Source: Welwitschia mirabilis (taxonomy: Eukaryota). Taken from it: DNA of 64,000 nt. The DNA lies in NCBI GenBank assembly GCA_051453625.1, contig JBOZIK010000001.1, forward strand, positions 22,119,455 through 22,183,454, read 5' to 3'. The notes below the pieces were generated by a model. That model saw only the letters and a program-made list of their open reading frames with translations. It did no database searches and had not been told where the DNA came from. The stretch's first letter is position 1. Each line of letters starts with the position of its first letter. Positions 53,001-64,000 of the stretch are shown piece by piece. Both the position numbers and the translations under genes were made by a program.

Positions 53001-53750
53001 CATCCACATCATAAGATTTTAATTCACCATCTTACATAGCCACCATGACCTTCTAGATCCTCTTCATCATCACACCTAACTTCTTTACCTTCATTGCATT
53101 CACCATCATCATTGCCATCTCACGTTGAGTCCATTTAGATATCACCCATTTATATTGTGGAATTACCACCATTATTCATTGAAAAAACCATAGGCAGTTT
53201 CTTTGGGACATCCATCACTCCTTAAATGTATCAAGTTTTAAGAAGATAAACTCATGAAGGCCCATGTGAGACATCTCAGTGCCCCTTTACAAAACACCAT
53301 ACTTCATCACATTTATATGCCTCATTCTATACCTAACAAACCTCCACCACATATGATAGTGATAACAATAGTAATAAATAAGGATAAGGCATGTATTATA
53401 CAAGTGATTCTACTCTCAGTGATTGGATTCTTTTATTTGCTATTCAAAAAGGGGGAGAACTTTTGGTAAATTAGTTTCATTTAATTGGGTACATTAGCTA
53501 GAGGACATCCTATTAGAAATGAAGTTCTTGTCTTTAAGATGTTAGATTAAATTCCTGAGTAATATCATTATTTATTAATAATCAATTTTAATGTTTAACA
53601 CATGATGAGAACTCATATTAATGTAAATTTTACTTATTAATGAAATGTTTTTCTAGATGGTATTAGATATTTTTTAGTAATTAAGTTAATATACTAGATA
53701 ATCAATAGGCTAGTTAGTTAGTATATTCGTATGTTAGCATATATATTGTA
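50040..53750 (+). mobile_element. Degenerate copia (Sirevirus-like) 3' remnant: possible RNase H tail, extra ORF, PPT
   Basis: Faint VFH..SK / LVHLEFC / FT motifs at 51065-51200; extra ORF from ~51716; PPT CAAAAAGGGGGAGAA at 53445-53459. Confidence 0.45.
51716..53020 (+). pseudogene. env-like / plant-transposon extra ORF remnant
   Basis: MKEFYTNI....GSFKTKIRSTSLHV (51950-52144) and LSLITFYNILIREGSF...Y.LLTG.KIYFG (52154-52366) resemble the extra ORFs of plant LTR elements; lies upstream of a Sirevirus-style PPT. Confidence 0.55.
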
Positions 53751-53756
53751 TCATTA

Positions 53757-56700
53757 TGTTGCAGGCACAAAATTCCATTTGGTATGAGGATGAGGGGGAA
53801 GGTTAAGGTGGTACAAAAAGCAATAACTTCAACCTCAACCCGTTCATCAAGAGTGAAAAAAGGAAACATCAAAACAGAAAGGGTTAAAGGGTATAAAAAT
53901 GGAATCACCATGGATAGAGGGGATCTGTTAGTAAAAAGGCTTTAGAAATAGAACTAATAAAGAGGTCAAAGGAAAGCTTCCAACATCCTAAAAAGGGCAT
54001 AATACCATCTCTAATTTTTTAATGTTATTTGCCAAGGAAAATACAAACTTATTAGTATATTTCTGTGTAACATTCTAGTATTTTAATATAGCTAAAAAGC
54101 TAATATTTTTGAGAAGTATTGGAAACATGTTTTATTACTTGAAAAGGTAATATTCTATTTTAATTGCTCCTATTTGTATAGCTAAACATGGATTAGGATA
54201 ATTATCAATAATTAAAAATAATTATTGTGTAGCATTTAGTAAAACTTCGAGTATGTTTCTCCATTTTCTTCATTTCCCATAATGTAATATATGTATATAG
54301 AAAACTTTATTAATTATCAACCTGATTAGTTTAAGTAACTTCGTCATGAGAATATTTTGATGATGCATTTTGAACTAAATGATTGAAGTACTAATGGTCT
54401 CAACTAGTTATTTAGTAAATCTTTGATTTTAATTTAATGGTTTAAGCTTATTTTAGATTAACAACATCATAGTTTTTTGCATTTTTTAGCATAATTTATT
54501 AATTTTTTTGTATTTATTTTATAATATAAGATTTCATCATTTTGCTGCTAGAAGGAGGGCTCTCCTAAAGCCAAATAGTAGAGATTAAAAAGTCTACAAT
54601 TCAATAGGATAGTCAAGAAAAATGGCAGGATGAGAGATGTAGGTTTATTAAGAACACTAAAAATATAATAGGGATGAGTAGACTAGAATTAAGATTAAAA
54701 TAGAAATAGAAGAAGAATACTTTATTATGGATGAAACCACTATTGCAAAGACTATGAAAAAACAAATCTTTCCTAAACTAATGAGTGAAATAGAATAACG
54801 ATTACTATTCTTCTCAAATCATCTATCACTTAAGCAGAATCTTCTTAAACAGTAAGATAAACAAACCTAAAAATAAATTTGTAGTAAGATGTTATTGGGA
54901 AGGTTATGGAGATCTAAAAATTTAAATTATGAAATTCATTGGGTAAAAGATTTAACTCTTTTTAATCCTATAACCTTAGAATCCTAGAAAAAGTGAGAAA
55001 TATAAATATAACATTAATATCCACTTTTGAAGGTAAGAAATTAGAACAAACTCTACTACATTTAAGTTTATTTGATGCCTTCTCCAAAGCAATTACCTTA
55101 AATTAGAATCTGATTTTCTGAGGTATTTTCTTTTTTCTTTAGAAGGGGATGCTTAGCTTATAGAAATTGTAATCGTGCTTTTAGTTCATAGGGAACTCTT
55201 ATGAATGATTTCTTAGCTAAATTTTAATCCATAAGGATAGTTGAAGATTTAAAAGATAAAATTTTCAGTATTAAATAGAAAGATAATTAATGGTTTGATG
55301 AGGTCATGGATAGATATAATATATTATTAGCTAAATGTTCTAACCATTAAATTGCAACTCAAAACCAGTTAGAGCTTTACTTAGAGGATTAGAGAGTTAA
55401 ACTGTAAAGGAATTAGACTTACTATGTAGAGAAAGCATCAAGAAAAATAATGTTTAAGAGGTAGGAGAAGCTATTACTCAGTTTTATAACATGCGTCAAG
55501 TATGGGGATAAAAAAAGTAAAAAGAAGAAAATAATAAATGAAGTATTTACCATAGAAGCATATGGTCGTATGTATAGTTCAAAGCATATCAGTCTTATGG
55601 AAGAATTAGCTTAAAAAGTGACTTATAGTATTATGGAAAAGCTTGATTAGTTAGCTATACAACACTTTAAAGAGGAAGAAGGACCTATATGCAAACATTG
55701 TGGAGAAGATAGTCATAAAGTAATATATTATCCATGGATGCAATAATTTGTTCTTTGGTTAGATATTAATAGATTAGATTTAAATATAGAAAATCAACAT
55801 TAATTAAAGAAATAAATAAATACATATCCTTACCAGAGTAGAAAATAGTTAAAAAAGCCTTTACAAAAGTATGTAAATTATAAAGAAAAAAATAATATGA
55901 TTATTATAGAAATTGAAGAAACAAATATTTAAAAGACATGAAATAAAAATCAGAGGCAGAGAAGAAAGAAGGAAAAATTCTTGCTTAATCTTAAACAAAT
56001 CCAAGAAAAGCAACAAGTAAAGTAGTGGCTACTAGATTTATAAAATAGATGGTGATAAATGAAGATAAAGGAAAAAACAAATTTGAATCGCTCTCCAGTT
56101 GATGAAGGATTAAATATAAGAAAGGAAGCACTGGTTAATACATCATCAAATCCTCTACCTTTGTAATGATAAGAAAATAAATAGAACATTCAAAAATTGA
56201 AATACATAGAATATTTAATAAAAGTTTTAGAAGATACAATAATATCATTACGTATTTTAAAATTACTAAAACATATACCTATGTATTAGAAGAAAATGAA
56301 GAGTATGTACTTAAAACAAAGGAATAAAAAGGAAATTAAGAAGGTAAAACAAATTGAGATGGTTATACAAGATTAAATTTCTTAGGCTAACACACAAGTT
56401 CTTTAAAATAAAAAACATAAAAAGTATAATGATCCAGGAAGACCTATGATAGACATAAAAATTGATCAAAAGCTCAAATCAAAAGCACTTGTAGCTTTAT
56501 GAGAAAGTGTTAATGTGATGGCATATGAAACTTATAAGGAATTAGAAAAGCCAAAATTAATACCTTACCAAGGAAAAATGTACCTAATAGATGGTTTAGT
56601 AGTAATACTAGAAGGAGTTCTAAAGGATATATCCATCAAACTTTAGGGATTTATCTACCTAATAGATTATTTAGTAATGAAGATCAAGGAGATACCAATG

Positions 56701-56940
56701 TAGTAATTGATCTTGGATGGCTACTATAGATGCTACTATTTACTTTAGGAAAGGGATAACGGAAATTAGTCTAAGAGATCTTAAGAATGAGATTAAATTA
56801 TCTGATGTAGTGATTGTATAGGTGATGGCACATAATACAAAGGCTATAAGTAATGTAATTTTTATACAAGAAGTTAGTATGATGTTAAATAAGCAAAATG
56901 AAGAAAAGTATGAAGAAGAAAATTTGACACTTCATTGTAT
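53757..56940 (+). mobile_element. Element G: Ty3/gypsy (Athila/Tat superclade) 5' remnant with putative LTR (53757-54539), PBS, gag and protease
   Basis: TGTTG...TCATCA candidate LTR; gag FSLEGDA (~55135) and LMNDFLAKF (~55200); protease DPGRPMIDIKI...ALV.L.ESVNVMAYETY (56431-56540). Confidence 0.7.
54543..54562 (+). promoter_or_regulatory. PBS complementary to the tRNA-Asn 3' end
   Basis: TGCTGCTAGAAGGAGGGCTC vs the recalled reverse complement of the plant cytosolic tRNA-Asn end TGGCGCTAGAAGGAGGG; 3 nt after ...TCA. Confidence 0.7.
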
Positions 56941-59570
56941 ACTATTTTTTTGCATGTGTCTATTCACTATCTAGAAAAAGAACTTTGTGTTATGGTCCCC
57001 TTCTTTAAGCCATTATATTCTAGATCTCTATTTCCAATAAGTTTCTTCCTTTGAAGATATATCATGAATTTCAGAAATAAGATTTTTTTCATATCCTATA
57101 TTTATATTGATAGTTTTATTATACTTTTAAAGAATGGTTAGCTATTCTAATAATTAATTCTTAATATTTATAGGGGAATCATTCAATTGCTTCTTATAAA
57201 TAATTAACTTTTGTCTTAAAATTTTAAGCTTTTGAAATAATCTATAAATAGATGTACCTTTCACTAGAGTATTTTACATATGTTTTATAAAATCAATGAA
57301 GTTTAAATCTTTCAATCATGATTGCTCGAATTAGAAGAGAGATTTCTTTTGAGGGGAGTCCATTGTTAGGATTATAGGCTTGTAATCAGAGAAAAATCTA
57401 ATTTTTGCTGCAAGGAAAAAATGCTTATTTTAGTTTTTAACCAAACATCTATCAATTCTAGACATGACAAGATTTCCTTCTCCAAATTACTCCAGGTATA
57501 AAAATCGCCATGAAGAGGAAGATCTCTATAACCATAGTTATTTACACATATAGTAAAAAGATTAATAATAGAAAGATTAGGGACATTATCAAGTTTCTCA
57601 TAAGAGATCTGATTAAAGTTATCCATGATGATATCTGGAGAGTCTAACATAATGTGCTGCAAGCATTAAAGACTTTGATCTAGTTTCTGNNNNNNNNNNA
57701 TAGAAATTTGTGATTCTTTTCTTTTTCATTGAACATCTAATCGATGATGAGATTATTGTTGCTCTTACTAAAAGTAGAAATGGTACCATCCTTTTAAATG
57801 TCATCAATCTCCTTTTATACCCATACTCAAAACTAAAATAAAGAATCAAGAGAATTTTGTATAAAAATGGCTAATTTTTAGAGAGTAAAGCTTATTTTCT
57901 TAAAGAAGACACATATACACTAGTGACTCCATCAAGAGAATCCAAAGATAGAAAATTTTTTAGTCATTCCCAAGGTCTTCTCAATTGTAGGAAATAATCA
58001 TGAAAATAAGACTTGAGATTGCTTACCATATCAGATGTACTTTTTAGTCTTTTTTTTAATCTTGCCTTTTTGGGTATTCATTCTTATTCTTCTATTTATC
58101 CACTTTCCCAATTTTGTTAGCTGCCAGTACATTCGCAATGTGCTCATCAACACTATTTTTACTCTCTTCATGATCCTGTCCCATTTTCATCTATGTTTAC
58201 TGCTACAATTGCCACTATGATAATGTATCTAGAACATTGTAAACATCCACTGTGTACTTCTACTCAACCCTTTCATAGTTATTTTCTATTTCTTTTTCTA
58301 TCATCTATTCTAGTTACTCTTTTAATAGAATGTCATATTTGTTTGCTTGCATGATGGAATCATTGTTTAGAATGGAAGCTAACTTCTTTTTCCTATTTTT
58401 CCTAATTTCTTGCCAATCATTCTTTTCTATCTTTTCATTTTTCTTATATTTTTACATTGTATGACCATTTTCTCTGCATTTTAAACATTGTAATAGAATA
58501 TTTTCAATCTTAAGATTAAAGACCGATTCCCCCAACATAATGTCCAAGATTTTTTTTTTTTTTTTTTTGCATTGAAACTATTTGGTTTCATGTAAATACA
58601 TATTCTAATCATCATCACTTTTTCCATAAGATCTATATTTTTGTCTAGTTTAACAAACTCCCCTAACGTATCTTGAAATTATTAGATTAAAAACAAGGGG
58701 GTCATATTTCTAAATGAGGTTTGAAATATGAATCCAAATTGGAATTTTTTTAAAAATAGAGGGCTTACCAAGAATAAAATAAAATCATTTTGTTAAATCT
58801 AGATCTCTATGACCAAAAAAATAGGACCATCCTACCAAAACCTTATTCATATCTTTTTCCATATTAAAAATAAAATGTAATAATTCATCTCTCACAGGAA
58901 TTACTTTACAACTTGTAGAAAATTTTTGGTCACACCATGAAGGCATTTTTTATGAATAAAAGTCCTCCTAAAGATTAGAATATACCAATAAGAATGTTTT
59001 CGATTTAATCCTCCAAATGCTTAAAGTAGTTCATAAACATCTTTGCATGTAAGATGTCATCTTTGCACTTTGAAGCCAAAGTCCAAGTTAGGAAAACTTT
59101 TAATTCCTCCTACTGATTTTGCATAAGATTTCATACTAGAGGATTCTATGGCCATTAAAGAGCTAAAAGCACTTCCACTACCTTGAATACCTCAAATTCA
59201 CTTGAGCTCATCCTTTCAGGTTGTTGAAATTTATGAGTTATTGATTAAAAAACCTTTCCTTAGGGTAGAAACATTAATATGAGATTTAAGCATATTTTAC
59301 TCTATGCTTTTGGGCCTTTATGACATAAAGTGCCATCAAAGAGTTAACCAATGTGGCATACCAAAAAATCTAAAGCCACCTTAGAAGATCTCTGACAAAA
59401 GAACCCTTACACAAGATACCTGCCAAAGAGATGAACATGCTAGCCCATTGAAGATGCACAAGAATTAGCTAAGAAAACACCTCTTGAACTGCCACCATGC
59501 TTCTTAAAGTAAAATCCTATATTTACTATTTTTCTCTGCACCTACATGTCCTTACCCCCCCCCCCCCCTA
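56940..59570 (-). mobile_element. L1-like LINE remnant 1: ORF1 plus endonuclease part of ORF2, 3'-truncated
   Basis: ORF1 IWIHISNL (~58715-58740) and zinc knuckle CLKCRENGH (~58462-58490); APE motifs IMDNFNQI...DLPLHGDFYTWSN (57372-57662). Confidence 0.8.
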
Positions 59571-59719
59571 AGAAATGGTAAATAAATTATGTTAATTAAA
59601 AGAGCAAGAAANNNNNNNNNNNNNNNNNNNNNNNNNNNNNNNNNNNNNNNNNNNNNNNNNNNNNNNNNNNNNNNNNNNNNNNNNNNNNNNNNNNNNNNNN
59701 NNNNNNNNNNNAGCAAGAA

Positions 59720-60800
59720 AAGATATAACATAACTTAGAAGCTAAATCTCTTTAATAATCAAACCCTCAAACATCAGCATCTGATTTTGTTAAACTAAGT
59801 TTCCAATTCTAATAATAAATAGGCTCAAGACTAGTATATCCCAAAGGTTTTACAACAAAACAATATTCATTAGGAGCATAATTGGAAGGTAGGATTTGAT
59901 TAAATAAACTAATAACCATGGGATATGTATCCTCTTCTTCAATAACTTCTTCTTCTTCTTGCTCCTTCTCTTCCTTTACTTTTTCTTGCTACTGTTGTTC
60001 AATATGTTTTCTTTCTGGCACATGACCAATGCACCCAAGAGGCACAGAGAGGCCACACTCTTTGTCACTTTTTGTGTACTTCAATAATATTCATAATAGT
60101 GACTTTTGTACAAGTCCCCTTAAGACATCTTGCTAAGCTAAAATGCCTATATCAATTCATATTTTTCTTTGATATAATAATAAAATCAATACGTGATGGT
60201 ATATCTTACAACTTTAGAGAGAATAGTGAAGGGAATCAAAGAGAAAGAAAGGAATATCAGTCTGAAACTCCCCCATTATGGCAATAAATAAGTAAAAGTA
60301 AAGCTTATTTATCTTGTCAAAGTGGCCTTTTAGGATGAAATATTTTATGATTAGAGTAGCTCAAGAATCAAAGGCCCTTAGTAGATCTTTCCTTTTGTAA
60401 CTTTCTCCTCTCTTTTATAGAGTTTTCCCAATCAATCATTCAAAATAGGGAATTATTAAAGTCTTAGAAGCATCCGTTTTTAGTTTTATACCTTGAGGAC
60501 CTATGCGAATAGCATCAGTAATGGAAGGAATATTAGTGTAGATGGTAAAGTTACCTATCCGAGTAGATCTACTATTCCAACTTCTGAAGAACTATTTGGA
60601 TAGATCGAGGTCATGCTTCCTGAGGATAAGGACATAATAATTCCATCTTGCCACTTGAAAGGCCTCCCAAGTTTACTCATGATTTAGTAGCATGCCATGC
60701 TTAGCAGATTCGGTTCTCAGAGCTTTTCCCATTTCTTCTGATGTGTTGACATCACAGCGGTTGCTCAGACATGGTTTAGATACTTTACTCTAATGTAGTT
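59720..60800 (-). mobile_element. L1-like LINE ORF1 remnant (separate copy)
   Basis: LIGK (~60425-60437), decayed Cys...IGH knuckle (~60020-60055) followed by a Glu/Lys-rich tract. Confidence 0.5.
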
Positions 60801-60829
60801 CGAATGCTCTTGATTACATATTTTCTTGT

Positions 60830-63474
60830 AAAATAAGCTTGATTCTGTTTATAGGGTTTAGGTTATCAAATTTTGTATAGATATGGATTTAATAGAACTC
60901 TTCAAGCTACATGATGATTTTGAATTTTAACTTTGAGAGGGATTTTTTTTTTCTACTTAAAATAATATTGGATTTATGCTTCCATAGAAGCTAAGCACCA
61001 ATAGTGATGAAGATATTTTTCTAAAAGAATTAAAAGTATCTAAGCTAATGTAAGGGTGAGAAAATATATTCAAGATTTTCCAAAGATCTTTTGGAATAGA
61101 ACATTGAATGAAAAGGTGATTTTGAGACTCATTTTCTTCATGACATATTAGACAATCTTGATCAACTCTTAAATTTATTTGAATGATATTTTATACTGTG
61201 GGAATACAACTCTTTAACATGTACCACCAAAATATCTTAATCTTCTTTAGAATATTTAGTTTCCATAGTTTCTTCTATCTATAGTCATATTTATACAAAT
61301 TATGATAGATTCCTGAAATCCTTATTTTTCCATGTTGATTAAGAAGAGTTTGGTTTTTAAAAACCTATGGCCAAATTTATCTAATGGAATAAATCATGTG
61401 TTTTCAAAAAGTAGAATGCCTTTCTTTAGCCATAATCATTTTTAAAGAATCTTATCCAAAGAATATTGTTATCAGATAGAAATCTACAGTAGTGCTTTAC
61501 AAGAATGCATTGGATCATGTCTATAGTTTTTCTAATATCAAGACCATCTAACTTTTTAAGGCATGGCTATTTAGTATAACTTGTCACTCACTCATATAAA
61601 ATCTTTGATAATATTCTCTATCAAGCTGACATATTTAATAGCTATTAAAAAGCAAGTAGTAAGATAAATGGTTATGTTTATCAAGTAAGATTTGGCAAGG
61701 ATAATTTTTCTATAGGAATCTGTTATCCCATCTAGTTAATCGAGCTAACCAGAGGAGGCTAGATATTATTAGCAATCTGATTAAAATCAAAAGAAAAACC
61801 AAGATAAGCATCAATAAATTCTACTTGTGAACATTGAAAAACCTTTAGGATATCTGTCTTTCTTTTTTATGAAGTGTTAATGAGGAAGAGTTTTAATTTG
61901 TGTTAATTTATTATAATATCTGATAAATTGTGGAATTTATTTAAGAGGTTATGAGTTTGCCTTACTAGAGAAAGACTAGAGTTCAAACATAAGAAAGTAT
62001 CATCTATGAAAGGAAGAATGGGATGAGAAGGAGCTAATTCGGTGGCTAAAATATGATTCTAAATAAAGAGTCTAGCTAAAGAATACATCATAAGAATAAA
62101 AAGACTATGAAAGAGGGGTCATCCTAATGTAGACAACTACTACTCTAGAAGTAAATGTATCTCTTCTCATTAACCACAATAAAGAAGGTCAGCATTAAAA
62201 TCTAGAAGTAAATGAGATGCCTTATAAGTACAAGTATACTATACTCCTGTAAATCATAGTCTATTGTTTTCCACTAAACTATATCAAATGATTTGGTTAT
62301 ATCAAGCTTGAGGAACATTACAAGTTTATTTCTTCTATGGTACAAATGGAGGATTTCATTAATAAGAATGATATTATCGTGGATGACTCTTCCTAAAATG
62401 AAACTAGATCGAGAAGAAAGGACCATATCTGATAGAAGTGCTTTAAGCCTATCTGCAATAATCTTGGTGTAAACTCTAAGACTAATTGGCTTGTATTAAT
62501 GAGAGATTTTTACACATTTTGTTTTGGAAATGAGGTTGATAAGAGTTTCATTAAAAGGTTTGTAAAAGGTAACTTTTTTGAAATTTTCTTAGACTACATT
62601 ATATATGTTGACTTTGATAACATCTCAAAAGGTCTAATAGAACTCTATAGTGAATTCATTAGGGATTAGCATCCTATTCTTTTTCATTGAGTTAATGGGA
62701 TTTTTTGATTTCATCTTTTGTGGCTCTTTGGTTCAAGTAGCATTATTGCTCTTTAGTAACAGAAGGACTAATTGGATAATGGTTAGCTCTTGTAATAATT
62801 GATTCTTAACATTTCTGAAGAAATCATTTAATTACTTCTTCTAAACAATTAACTCATGTCTTAAAATTTTTAGCTTTTAAAATAATGTGTAACTAGATGT
62901 ATCTTTTACTGAAGTATTCTAAATATGTTTGATAAAATCAATGAAGTTTATATCTTTCAACTAGGATTGCTTGAATATGAACAGAGATTTCTTTTGATGG
63001 GAGTCTATGATTAGGATTATAGACTTGTAATTAGAGAAAAATCTAGATTTTAATTTAAGAAAGAAATACTCATTTAAGTTTTAAATCGAACATCTATCAA
63101 TTCTAGACATGTTAAGATTTGTTCCTTTTCTAAGATTACTCTAGGTATAGGATGCATCATGAAGAGGAAGATATCTGTAACTATAGTTATTTATACATTT
63201 AGTAAAAAGAGCAATAGTAGAAAGATTATAAACATTACCAAGCTTCTCATGAGGGTTGAAGATCTGATTAAAGTCATTTATTATGGAATTTGAAGAGTCT
63301 AACATAATGTGCTATAGGCATTAAAGTCTTTGATCTGCTTCATGTGGTCCATAGAAAATGGTGATTCTTCTCTTTTCTCATTGAAGATCCAAGCAACAGT
63401 GAGGTAATTATTGCTCTTACTAGTACTAGATATGGTATCATGCTTCTAAAGGATCATCAATCATCCTTTAGTAC
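60830..63474 (-). mobile_element. L1-like LINE remnant 2: ORF2 (endonuclease-RT)
   Basis: PISL..YTKIIADRLK (~62440-62490); GRVIHDNIILINEILH (~62347-62395); KLDITKSFD (~62284-62310); DPLS-like (~62110-62125); FIDDTFL (~61992-62012). The endonuclease part is homologous to 57180-57800. Confidence 0.88.
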
Positions 63475-64000
63475 TATTGTGATGTGTATTTGTGTAAGTG
63501 CTTAAGTTCGGAAAGATTTTGTCATTTATAAAATAAATAGATATCTTACACAATATAACACACTAGTATGAGTGGGAGTAGACCCAAAAAGTCGTATTCA
63601 CATTGAAGACTATGAGATGAGACTCAGATTACTTTGCAAAAGCATACTAATAAGCAAAAATAAAGAATAATGCAAGAAATCAAAGGTATAATGCAAATGT
63701 AAGATGCAACTAATCTAGATGAAATGCAAAATGGAACTAATACTACTTGCTTTCAGCCTTAATAAAGGCTACCCTTGATAATCTATATCACCTAAGAAGT
63801 TGTCATCAGATCAAGGGAAACATAGACTATAAGGGTTATCAAAAAAATCTACAATGAAAATATAAAAATAAAACAAGGTTTATACTAAGAAAGAGTAACA
63901 AGCATCTTGGTTACAAAACAGTCGGGTTTCAATGGAGGATACATAGCCCTCCATCAAGTGCACATCTTTCTATAACACTCAAGATGGATCTTTCATCCTT
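63475..64000 (-). repeat. Athila-like LTR related to the A/B/C LTRs, interrupting LINE 2; continues off the right edge
   Basis: TATTGTGATGTGTATTT...ACACACTAGTATGAGTGGGAGTAGACC..AAGTCGTA resembles 11159-11275 (ACACACTAATATAGACGGGAGTGACC..ATGTCGTA) and 31981-32095. Confidence 0.75.

Noticed and set aside
58035..58220. Small hydrophobic ORFs (also 2514-2717, 6984-7166, 13577-13792, 27029-27256) resembling membrane peptides
   Set aside because: Antisense or off-frame readings of A/T-skewed TE sequence with no independent support.

Overview
AT-rich, gapped eukaryotic (very probably plant) scaffold made almost entirely of old, nested, heavily decayed retrotransposons. I see no intact host gene, RNA gene or CRISPR array, and no intact TE ORF. 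Left to right: (A) Athila-like Ty3/gypsy on - strand (1-12248), inserted head-to-head into (B) a related element on + strand (12249-17090); a very degenerate + strand L1-like LINE (~17.1-19.7 kb); an LTR with PBS (D) and an adjacent LTR (F), F split by a Sirevirus-type Ty1/copia (22909-30992, perfect ATAAC TSD); a non-autonomous Athila-like element E (31762-50036) whose 3' LTR is split by full-length Athila-like element C (31981-44397); a copia remnant with an extra ORF (~50-53.7 kb); a gypsy gag-protease remnant G with a tRNA-Asn PBS (53.8-56.9 kb); three - strand LINE pieces (56.9-63.5 kb); and an Athila-like LTR at the right edge. The best candidate for something undescribed is a ~150-nt non-coding, apparently structured block conserved downstream of pol in four divergent gypsy copies, including the one that has lost most of pol. 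All alignments were done by eye, so boundaries inside decayed regions are approximate.
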